Below, piece after piece: positions 31,401 through 38,848 of a stretch of 64,000 nt of DNA; position 1 is the first letter of the stretch; every line of letters begins with the position of its first letter. The stretch comes from Eubacteriales bacterium (GTDB taxonomy: Bacteria; Bacillota; Clostridia; Oscillospirales; RGIG5299): NCBI GenBank assembly GCA_045588575.1, contig JAZNEJ010000008.1, positions 197,492 to 261,491 of the forward strand, written 5' to 3'. The translations under genes and the position numbers were made by a program. Below the pieces are notes generated by a model. It was not told the DNA's origin, did no database searches, and saw nothing but the letters and a program-made list of their open reading frames with translations.

Positions 31401-32087
31401 TTAACTTTCCAAAAGCCCTGCGGCGCGAAGGTTTGCAAGAAGAAGGTTAAACTGTGTTACGACGTCGGTTGTATCGGTTGCGTCGGCAACGGCGGCGGCA
31501 GGAGTAACGGTTCCGGGCTCACCCTGCGGACCCTGAGGACCTGCGGGACCGATTTCACCCTGAGGACCTGCGGGACCGACTTCGCCTTGAGGACCTGCGG
31601 GACCGACTTCGCCCTGAGGACCTGCGGGACCAACCTCACCCTGCGGACCTGCGGGGCCGACCTCACCCTGCGGACCTGCGGGGCCAATCTCGCCCTGCGG
31701 ACCTGCGGGACCAATCTCACCCTGCGGGCCAACGGGGCCGACTTCGCCCTGAGGACCTGCGGGGCCAACCTCGCCCTGAGGACCTGCGGGACCAATCTCA
31801 CCCTGCGGACCTACGGGGCCTTGCGGACCAATGGGGCCAACAGGGCCTGTCGCACCGGTTGCACCCTGCGGACCTTGAGCGCCTTGCGGACCTTGGGGAC
31901 CTTGTGGACCAATCGGGCCGATAGGACCTATGGGGCCTCTCGGACCAACCGCACCCTGCGGTCCCTCGGGACCGACGGGGCCTTCCGGTCCTTGCACAAC
32001 ACAGCACGACTGTACACATCCCGAGCAGTTGTTGCATCTGCAACCGTTATTATAGGAATTATAAGGACGGGTAATTTTCATATTCAT
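31401..32087 (-). CDS. collagen-like triple-helix repeat protein with a Cys-rich N-terminus
   Basis: The ATG at 32087 follows GAGAGGAAG. About 165 residues form an uninterrupted G-X-Y run ([14 protein letters not shown]...). The N-terminus reads '[14 protein letters not shown]' and the C-terminus is a short amphipathic tail, '[20 protein letters not shown]'. Confidence 0.85.
   Translation of the reverse strand: MNMKITRPYNSYNNGCRCNNCSGCVQSCCVVQGPEGPVGPEGPQGAVGPRGPIGPIGPIGPQGPQGPQGAQGPQGATGATGPVGPIGPQGPVGPQGEIGPAGPQGEVGPAGPQGEVGPVGPQGEIGPAGPQGEIGPAGPQGEVGPAGPQGEVGPAGPQGEVGPAGPQGEVGPAGPQGEIGPAGPQGPQGEPGTVTPAAAVADATDTTDVVTQFNLLLANLRAAGLLES
31543..31812. repeat. ten tandem 27-bp repeats encoding (GPAGPQGE[V/I])n
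   Basis: Units start at 31543, 31570, 31597 and so on up to 31786, with only wobble-type differences between them. Confidence 0.9.
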
Positions 32088-32375
32088 TAAACTTCCTCTC
32101 AATAAAAAGTGAAAGATATCTTTCGGTTAATATTATATGCAAAAGGAGAAGAAGGGGTGAAAAAACATTACTTGCGGCCTCTTTGAAATAAGGTATTTTA
32201 GTATATAGATAAACTGCTACAGTTCCATATTCGCGAAAATTACAAATTCTTTTCTGAACAGATTTCTTTTGTTTGGAAAGGAGCTTTTTATGAGCAAAAA
32301 ATTAAATTGTCATATTGTTACTGCCATATGCAAAGACAATGTCATTTGTTATATTGGTGCGGAGGTGGTATTATA

Positions 32376-32672
32376 TTGAGGAACTCAACTTTAATAAAAC
32401 CGTGGGAAGTGAAATTTTTGCGAGATGATTTTAGCGGGCTTAATGATATATATCGTGAAATTGCCGGCGAAATAGGCATTGAAAAAACAATTGCTGTTTT
32501 TGAATTATTCCACGGCACACAAATATCATTTCCAAATAGACTGTTCTCAAGGGAATATATCTATAAAGCTATACAAAAAGAATATAACGGCAAAAATGCG
32601 CTTCAACTTGCAAAAAAATATAATTATTCTGAACGTACAATATGGCGAATTGTTAAAGCAAGCAAAAAATAA
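32376..32672 (+). CDS. Mor-family-like transcriptional activator
   Basis: The frame is open from 32307. The TTG at 32376 follows GGAGGTG. The C-terminal 'LAKKYNYSERTIWRIVK' HTH and overall layout resemble phage Mu Mor-like proteins of Firmicutes. Confidence 0.55.
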   Translation: MRNSTLIKPWEVKFLRDDFSGLNDIYREIAGEIGIEKTIAVFELFHGTQISFPNRLFSREYIYKAIQKEYNGKNALQLAKKYNYSERTIWRIVKASKK

Positions 32673-32767
32673 TACAAGAAATGTTTTGCAAATGTTTAGC
32701 GGGGATTGTGCTATTTTAAAAAATATGATATAATTAAAAAATCTATAGTGCAGTAAAGGAGAATAAT

Positions 32768-33922
32768 ATGGCAAAATGTGATGTGTGCGGTAAAAATTCT
32801 TTATTACCGGAAAAATTTGGAGAGGTCAATATTTGCAAAGTATGCTTTATGAAAGCAAATGGCCTTTTTTGGAAACATCAATATGATAGACAAGAGGATG
32901 CAGAAAAATATCGTTGCAAGGCTTTAGAAGCTGCTAATAAGCAAAGTTTTTCTCAACATGTTGTGACGGCTATTAATGAGTTTTTTGCAAATCAAATGAA
33001 AACCATGATTGCTTGTGATGCGTGTGGTATGCCTGTTCAGCATCGTCAACTGTTAGGAAAGGCTAGTGTTTGTAAAGATTGTTATAGCAAGATAAACATA
33101 TCTTCTTGGAGGGAAACTGAATATGAAGATAATGAAGAGGTTGAAAAAAACAGAGAAAAAGTTTTAAAAATTGCAATCAAGAATGGATTTACACCTATTG
33201 TCATAGAAGATATTAATAAACATTTTGACAGTAAAATTCAAAAAGGTCTATTGTTTTCTATTAATAGTGAAATGGGGCAGAAAATAAAGGTTTTTGTTGA
33301 TCATTGTGTGCTTATTACAAATGAGGATGAGTTTGATGTTGACACGGTTTCTGTTGAGTATGCCAAGGCTTTGAAAAGTGGTCAGCCTAAAGAAAGATTA
33401 ATATCCAATAGTGAAGCAAAATCTTTAGCTCGTAGCGTTTTGTCTGGAGGGATTGTTAAGACCGGAATAGGATTAGCAACTTCTGTAGCAATTAATGCGG
33501 CTGCTGACAAATATGCGCCTGAAAAAGCATCTTTTAAAGTTACAATGGGTAATTTTAAAATTGATTATAAAACATATACATATGTAGAACGCCAAAAGGC
33601 TAGAGATGGGGGTGTTGGCTTTATAAGATTTGTAAACGGAAAAACTGGAGGAAGAGAGCGTGATGACATAGTTTTCTTCTTTGGTGAAGATACAGATAAA
33701 TTAGACAAGGCTTACAAAGCCATTTGTGAAGGAATTGAAGAGGCATCAGCATCTGCAATTTATGAAACACCTGGTTCAATACAACCGTCTGCTTCTCAAC
33801 AAGCATCGACAACTTCTGTTGCAGATGAAATACTTAAATTTAAGCAGCTGTTAGATATGGGAGCAATAACACAAGAAGAATACAATGAAAAAAAAGAAGA
33901 ACTTTTAGCTAAGAATTACTAA
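32768..33922 (+). CDS. zinc-ribbon (x2) / PH-like / SHOCT-domain protein
   Basis: 384 aa with two paralogous N-terminal CxxC...CxxC modules. The C-terminal 'ADEILKFKQLLDMGAITQEEYNEKKEELL' matches the SHOCT motif. The RBS is AAGGAG. Confidence 0.6.
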   Translation: MAKCDVCGKNSLLPEKFGEVNICKVCFMKANGLFWKHQYDRQEDAEKYRCKALEAANKQSFSQHVVTAINEFFANQMKTMIACDACGMPVQHRQLLGKASVCKDCYSKINISSWRETEYEDNEEVEKNREKVLKIAIKNGFTPIVIEDINKHFDSKIQKGLLFSINSEMGQKIKVFVDHCVLITNEDEFDVDTVSVEYAKALKSGQPKERLISNSEAKSLARSVLSGGIVKTGIGLATSVAINAAADKYAPEKASFKVTMGNFKIDYKTYTYVERQKARDGGVGFIRFVNGKTGGRERDDIVFFFGEDTDKLDKAYKAICEGIEEASASAIYETPGSIQPSASQQASTTSVADEILKFKQLLDMGAITQEEYNEKKEELLAKNY

Positions 33923-33974
33923 CATAAACTCCGCTGTCGCAGATTGAACTCTAAGGCGGCGGAGTTTATGTTTT
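33923..33974 (+). terminator. hairpin terminator
   Basis: 12-bp stem CATAAACTCCGC / GCGGAGTTTATG followed by TTTT. Confidence 0.55.
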
Positions 33975-34075
33975 GTATTAATTTGCGTTTTGTAGCAATT
34001 TTGCACATCTAAAACAATCGCGAAAAACGACCTCAAACAAAAAAGACACTCGAAAAATCGAATGCCTTTTTTATC

Positions 34076-34095
34076 TTGGTGGAGACGGAGGGGAT
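34076..34095. repeat. 20-nt duplicate of the 3' end of tRNA-Ala (att-like)
   Basis: TTGGTGGAGACGGAGGGGAT is identical to 34252-34271, which is the 3' end of the intact tRNA-Ala on the minus strand. The upstream part of a tRNA is absent here. Confidence 0.8.
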
Positions 34096-34252
34096 TTCTC
34101 GCAGTCGCAAGCTCCTTTGGGTGAATTTCGCAACAGTTCACCGAACTGTTGCTCTGTCGCATCTTGCTTTGCAATCTGCTCCAATTCACAGTTCGCTCCC
34201 CAACTTTTACAAAACAAAAAAACCACCCTCAGAAGAGGATGGTTTTTTTCTT

Positions 34253-34328
34253 TGGTGGAGACGGAGGGGATCGAACCCTTGACCCCTACACTGCCAGTGT
34301 AGTGCTCTCCCAGCTGAGCTACGCCCCC
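34253..34328 (-). tRNA. tRNA-Ala (anticodon GGC), CCA encoded
   Basis: The reverse complement GGGGGCGTAGCTCAGCTGGGAGAGCACTACACTGGCAGTGTAGGGGTCAAGGGTTCGATCCCCTCCGTCTCCACCA folds as a cloverleaf. It has the G3:U70 Ala identity pair and one A/C mismatch at the base of the T stem. Confidence 0.9.
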
Positions 34329-34470
34329 GTATTTTAACAGTAATATTATATACGATTTTTTGGTTTTGTCAATATTTTCAATAAAAAAACACAAAATAAA
34401 GTTCAAAATGAGCAAAATCCACTTGACTCTTTTCCTTTTTTAAGATATTATAATATAGCAAATTCAAAGT

Positions 34471-34546
34471 GCTGGTATAGCACAGTCGGTAGTGCAGCTG
34501 ATTCGTAATCAGCAGGTCGTGCGTTCGAGTCGCATTACCAGCTCCA
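34471..34546 (+). tRNA. tRNA-Thr (anticodon CGU), CCA encoded
   Basis: GCTGGTATAGCACAGTCGGTAGTGCAGCTGATTCGTAATCAGCAGGTCGTGCGTTCGAGTCGCATTACCAGCTCCA forms a clean cloverleaf. The promoter is TTGACT (34423-34428) with TATTATAAT. A terminator lies at 34547-34580. Confidence 0.92.
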
Positions 34547-34708
34547 AAAGCCCCGTTCTTTCGAGCGGGGCTTAATTTTTGCTTTTTACACACTTGCAAA
34601 AAGAGCTTATGTGTGTTACAATGACAGTATCTCATATAGCTTTTATAAGCTGAAAGGTTGTGATGCTCTACGGTTGAGCTTTTTAATTTTTGGTATTTCT
34701 TTTTCATT

Positions 34709-35524
34709 TTGCTTTTTGCGGGCATTATCGTGGGACTTTACTTTTTGTTAAAGGATAAGCCCGAAAAAACTCAAAAAATCGTCCTCGGCGCGATATTGTT
34801 TTTCAATCTTGCGCTTCACTTTTTGAAGCTCACCTTTCCGCCTTACAGCACGAATCCCGATATTGCAATGCGAGAGGTTTGGTTTGTAAACGTTTGCGCC
34901 ACGAGCGTGCTGTTTTTCCCGTTTATATTCATCTCCAAAAGCAAAACGGCGAAGGATTATATGGTGTTTTTGGGAATTATAAGCGGATTTTTAGCGTTGC
35001 TTTACCCCACCGAAGCCATAGGCAAAAGCGTGCTCACGTTGGATTTATGGCGTTTTTATATTTGCCACGGCATTCTCATTGCCGTCCCGATGCTCACCGT
35101 TTTGCTTGGAGTTCATAAGCTCGACGTTAAGCGAATTTGGAAGATGCCTCTTTGCGTTTCGGCTATGTTGCTCTTTATAATTTGCAATCAGGTTCTTCAA
35201 AGCGAGCTTGGAATAATTCCGCTTCGAAACGACGATATGTTTAACGTAAATTTCCGAAATCCCTCGTTGATTTGGGGCCCCACCGATAGCGTTGCGGTGC
35301 TGTTTTCGTGGTTAACGCCGTCGTTTATGAAAACAATACCGTTTGGAGCTTATGCAGGGCAGGAAAAATTCTGGCCGTTTTTCTGGATGCTTCCCGGCGT
35401 TATAGTTTATTTCATTTTAATACCGCTTGCGCTTTGCTTTATTTTCGATTTCAAAAACACCAAAAACACCTTTGCAGCATTCTTTAAAAGGTTTAACTTT
35501 AAAAGGAAAGACCAACGGAGGTAA
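34709..35524 (+). CDS. integral membrane protein (YwaF/TIGR02206-like)
   Basis: 271 aa with about 7 TM helices. The TTG start has no obvious RBS. The frame is open from 34664 without a canonical start, so the N-terminus is uncertain. Confidence 0.55.
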   Translation: MLFAGIIVGLYFLLKDKPEKTQKIVLGAILFFNLALHFLKLTFPPYSTNPDIAMREVWFVNVCATSVLFFPFIFISKSKTAKDYMVFLGIISGFLALLYPTEAIGKSVLTLDLWRFYICHGILIAVPMLTVLLGVHKLDVKRIWKMPLCVSAMLLFIICNQVLQSELGIIPLRNDDMFNVNFRNPSLIWGPTDSVAVLFSWLTPSFMKTIPFGAYAGQEKFWPFFWMLPGVIVYFILIPLALCFIFDFKNTKNTFAAFFKRFNFKRKDQRR

Positions 35525-35527
35525 GAT

Positions 35528-36046
35528 ATGGATTTTGAAAAAATCATTTCGGAGCGTTTTTCGGTTAGAAGCTTCAAGCCGAAGCATTTGTCCGCCGACG
35601 TTTTGAATAAAATTTTAGAAGCGGGACATAAAGCGCCCACCGGCTGCAACTATCAGCCGCAGAGAATTTTGGTTTTAAACACCGACGAAGCGATGGAAAA
35701 GCTTAAAATCTGCACGAAATGCCACTTTAACGCTCCTGCGGCGCTTGTAATTTGCCATAACGAAGAGGAAAGCTGGAAAAGAGTTTACGACGGTGCGCTT
35801 TCATCGCCCGTTGACGCCGTAATCGTTGCAACTTATATGATGCTTGCGGCGCAAAACGAGGGTGTGGGCTGTTGTTGGGTTATGCATTTTAACCCCGAAA
35901 AGCTTTGCAAGGAGTTTAAAATTCCCGAAAATATCAAGCCCGTTTCCATTCTTATTATGGGGGAACCCGATGATGACGCCAAGCCGTTTGAGATGCATTA
36001 CAAATTCCGTCCCATAGAGGAAACGGTGGTTTTCGATAGCTTTTAA
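35528..36046 (+). CDS. nitroreductase-family protein
   Basis: 172 aa with 'ERFSVRSF' and 'KAPTGCNYQP' motifs typical of NADH/FMN nitroreductases. Confidence 0.85.
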   Translation: MDFEKIISERFSVRSFKPKHLSADVLNKILEAGHKAPTGCNYQPQRILVLNTDEAMEKLKICTKCHFNAPAALVICHNEEESWKRVYDGALSSPVDAVIVATYMMLAAQNEGVGCCWVMHFNPEKLCKEFKIPENIKPVSILIMGEPDDDAKPFEMHYKFRPIEETVVFDSF

Positions 36047-36173
36047 AGATTAAAGACTAACGAATTTTCGTTAGTCTTTTATTATGGATAATTGTTTATA
36101 TAAATTAGAAACTTTCTTTTTCTTCAACGGTTTTATGTCCTATAAAGCAAACTTCCATAAATTAACTCGCTTT

Positions 36174-36299
36174 TCGTGGAATTCCGCAAAATATTAGAAC
36201 AAAAAGCTGTTGCAAAGTCAATATCGTGGAATACCACGAGATAAAAAATTAAAAATTCATATAATAATTTCGTGGAACACCTATAAGGAAAACCACGAA
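36174..36299. promoter_or_regulatory. operator-like TCGTGGAA repeat array upstream of an XRE regulator
   Basis: TCGTGGAA occurs at 36174, 36224 and 36270. There is a perfect 16-bp palindrome TCGTGGAATACCACGA (36224-36239) and a TTCGTGG-N17-CCACGAA inverted repeat (36269-36299). Confidence 0.45.
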
Positions 36300-36311
36300 A
36301 GGCGGATTTAT

Positions 36312-36545
36312 ATGAATATAAACGATGCAATAATCAAGCGAATTGAGGAAATTTGCGAAGAAAAGAATATAAATATTTGCGAAGCAACGCTCGGCGGAGG
36401 GAAATCGCCTTCGGCAATTTACGATTTGATTAAAGGCAGAACAAAATGTTCAAAGGTTTCAACGATTAAAGCTTTTTGTCAGGGCGCAGGTATAAGCTTA
36501 TCGGAGTTTTTTGACAAGGAGTATTTTAACGATTTTGAGGATTAA
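36312..36545 (+). CDS. XRE-family HTH transcriptional regulator
   Basis: The ATG at 36312 (MNINDAIIKRIEEI...) gives 77 aa with an HTH-like 'STIKAFCQGAGISLSEFF' segment. The track ORF from 36210 would run through the operator repeats. Confidence 0.65.
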   Translation: MNINDAIIKRIEEICEEKNINICEATLGGGKSPSAIYDLIKGRTKCSKVSTIKAFCQGAGISLSEFFDKEYFNDFED

Positions 36546-36548
36546 AAA

Positions 36549-36576
36549 AAGAGGTGCAAAATGCATCTCTTTTTTT
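36549..36576 (+). terminator. Rho-independent terminator
   Basis: AGAGGTGCA aaa TGCATCTCT followed by TTTTTT. Confidence 0.7.
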
Positions 36577-36841
36577 CTTCCGCTCGTGCCGTGGGGCTTT
36601 TTTCTTCCGCTCGTGCCGCGGAGGCACGTCCTTTCTTCAAGCGAAAAGAAAGGACGCAAAGATTCGCTTTAAAGGGGGAATTTCGGTTTCCCCCTTAGTC
36701 GCCGATTTAAAGCAAACAAAAAAGCCGCCGAGAAAAAATTCGGCGGCAATATTTATTGAATTTTAAAAATAATATTCGGCGACTTTATCCCCCATAAACG
36801 ACAAGGGCAATGCCCTTGACCTTTTTGGTGTGAGAGGGAAA

Positions 36842-37042
36842 TCAGCTTTCTTTTTCAAGCAAGTCCTCAACCGTACAATCCAATGCTTTTGCCATTTTAT
36901 AAACCGTTAAAGCGGAGGCACTGTTTATATCTTTTGCCCCTTGCTCATAATACTGAATCATTCGAAGATTGATTCCCGAAAGCTCGGACAATTGATTTTG
37001 TGTAAATCCCTTTTCTTTACGTATTCTTTTTAAATTAGTCAT
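36842..37042 (-). CDS. XRE-family HTH transcriptional regulator
   Basis: 66 aa with the classic Cro/C1 HTH 'KGFTQNQLSELSGINLRMIQYYEQG'. It overlaps the end of the upstream gene by 8 nt. Confidence 0.8.
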   Translation of the reverse strand: MTNLKRIRKEKGFTQNQLSELSGINLRMIQYYEQGAKDINSASALTVYKMAKALDCTVEDLLEKES

Positions 37043-37757
37043 TTATTTGTTCCTCTTTTTTCTCCTCGGAAACACCGAATTTTTTAAGAATTTTCTCGCT
37101 TAAAAAGAAGCAGATAATTGCAATTAAAGCGGTTGCCGCAAAGAGCAGGGCGGCGGTTAAATAGTCGCCGCTTAAAAGGAAATCGGCTGCCAACGTGGAA
37201 GAAATTATTGAAGGAATTCTTGCAATTGCGGTTATTCCAACGAATTTCCAAAGGCTTATATTAAAGAATGCGGCGCAGTAGCAAAGAAGGTCCTTCGGGA
37301 GTGCGGGAATTAAAAAAATGAAGAAAATGAAGGCGTCTCTTTTGGGATGATTATTAAGCTTATCATAAAATTTCAGCTTATTTCCAACGAAAATTTCAGC
37401 AAATCCCTTGCCGAATTTACGGCAAACGAAAATAATTAAAGCGGTGCCGAGAGCGGCGCCGATTTCGGCAAGAACAAAGCCCCAAAACCAGCCGAAAGCA
37501 AAGCCTGCGCCAAGCTCTAAAGCTTCGCCGGGAATTAAAGCGGCAACAACCTGAAGTATTTGCAAAAAGAGATAAAGAGGGATTGCCAAAAGCCCGTTTT
37601 GCGAAACGAAATCCTGAAAAGCTTTGGGATTTTCGATAAAATTTCCAATGTATGGCCATGCTAAAAAGCAAAGCAAAAAAAGCACGAGCGCAAAAATAAA
37701 AATGCCTATTGAATTAACGAAAACGTTTAAAATTTTAGATTTTTTCTCTTTTTTCAT
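37035..37757 (-). CDS. TVP38/TMEM64 (DedA-related, SNARE-associated) membrane protein
   Basis: 240 aa, multi-TM, with a 'PGEALELGAGFAFG' signature. Confidence 0.72.
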   Translation of the reverse strand: MKKEKKSKILNVFVNSIGIFIFALVLFLLCFLAWPYIGNFIENPKAFQDFVSQNGLLAIPLYLFLQILQVVAALIPGEALELGAGFAFGWFWGFVLAEIGAALGTALIIFVCRKFGKGFAEIFVGNKLKFYDKLNNHPKRDAFIFFIFLIPALPKDLLCYCAAFFNISLWKFVGITAIARIPSIISSTLAADFLLSGDYLTAALLFAATALIAIICFFLSEKILKKFGVSEEKKEEQIND

Positions 37758-37772
37758 CTTTAAATCCTTCCG

Positions 37773-38711
37773 TTAAAAAATGAAAGAAAGGGCATAGATG
37801 AGATAACCCAAAGCAAGCCCGAATCCGAACAAAAGAAGAGTGATTAAAAGGTTTTGTTTCAGGCTTTTATTCGACTTAAAAAGCACGAAAAGACCGATTC
37901 CCGCGCCGCTTGCAAGACCTGCCGAAACGGCGGCAAGAGAGAGCAGACCGTCGAAATAAAGCTCGGTTAGCAAAACCGAAACGGCGCAGCTCGGAATTAA
38001 ACCCAAGGCCGCCGAAAAAAGCGGAGTGAGCGCCGAATTTTCAATTAAAATCGCTCTTAAAATTTCTTCTTTTATAATGAAAATTATAATCGAAATAATT
38101 AAATTAACGGCGAACAAAAACACCGTTATTTTAGCGGTATGTTTAACTGCGGGAAAGAAAATCTCGTTAATTTTTCCCTCGTTTTTGCCGCTGTGATGAC
38201 ATCCGCATTCGCCGTGATGATTACCGCAGTCGGCGTGCTCCGAGCAGTCCTCGGCAGAGTTGAAATGCTCACATTTTTCGGCGTGATTTTTTTGTTTTTT
38301 ACGCATTATAAAATCAACCGAAAAGCCAATCAAAAAGCCGTAAACGAGCTTAATTCCCAAAATCACCAAAATACCGGATAAGGCTTTAAGGGGCTCGTCG
38401 GCAATATGCGAAAGGAGCACGGGAACAGCCTCGTCGGAGGTGGTTAAAAATACTGCAAGAAGGGTGCCGAGCGTTATAAAACGGTGCGAAAAAAGCTCGG
38501 AGGCAATACCCGAAAAACCGCACTGGGGAATACAGCCGAAAAGGCTTCCCCAAAAGGAAGAAAAACGGTTTTCGCCGCTTATTTTTTTCAAAAAAGCAAG
38601 CTGACGTCTGTGTTCAACGTATTCAATTAACAAATAAACCGCAAAAAGAGGCAAGATGAGTTTTAAAGTATCGAGCGTTACCTCGACGAGTAATTCCAAA
38701 AATTCAGGCAA
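37773..38711 (-). CDS. putative 10-TM metal exporter (ArsP_2-like) with a His/Cys-rich loop
   Basis: 312 aa with a TTG start after AAGGAG. Segments 'GCIPQCGFS' and 'TTSDEAVPVLL' are present. The central loop reads 'HAEKCEHFNSAEDCSEHADCGNHHGECGCHHSG'. Confidence 0.55.
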   Translation of the reverse strand: MPEFLELLVEVTLDTLKLILPLFAVYLLIEYVEHRRQLAFLKKISGENRFSSFWGSLFGCIPQCGFSGIASELFSHRFITLGTLLAVFLTTSDEAVPVLLSHIADEPLKALSGILVILGIKLVYGFLIGFSVDFIMRKKQKNHAEKCEHFNSAEDCSEHADCGNHHGECGCHHSGKNEGKINEIFFPAVKHTAKITVFLFAVNLIISIIIFIIKEEILRAILIENSALTPLFSAALGLIPSCAVSVLLTELYFDGLLSLAAVSAGLASGAGIGLFVLFKSNKSLKQNLLITLLLFGFGLALGYLIYALSFIF

Positions 38712-38848
38712 GAAAAAGGCTCCTTTTAATAAAAACTCGGTAAAAAATAAATAAATATACGAATAAGGGTTGACCTTATAAGAAAAAAGATGTAAAATAG
38801 TTGATAATCAGTAAATATATTATAACAACAAAATAGGGAGTTGTAAAG

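Noticed and set aside
31457-32090. Alternative-frame ORFs in the collagen repeat region (31457-31801, 31587-32090, 31798-32043)
   Set aside because: They are Arg/Pro/Leu-rich artefacts of reading a GC-rich 27-bp repeat in other frames. Only the G-X-Y frame has an RBS, start and terminator.
34096-34252. Possibility that the partial tRNA-Ala-like 3' end belongs to a tmRNA or a second tRNA
   Set aside because: There is no T-arm (GGTTCGA), no 5' GGGG acceptor partner, and only 156 nt are available before the next gene. tmRNA would need about 350 nt with a tag ORF.
34071-34725. ORFs overlapping the tRNA-Ala/tRNA-Thr region (34071-34415, 34076-34282, 34117-34302, 34149-34337, 34378-34725)
   Set aside because: They run through tRNA genes, terminators and promoters and have no RBS. 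The region is explained by RNA genes and the att-like repeat.
36571-36618. 27-bp-period direct repeat considered as a mini CRISPR array
   Set aside because: There are only two copies and the 6-nt 'spacer' is far too short. No cas genes are nearby.
36554-36766. 70-aa ORF in the hairpin-dense intergenic region
   Set aside because: It spans a terminator and five further hairpins. Its translation contains the duplicated 'FFFRSCRG' purely because of the DNA repeat, and it has no RBS.
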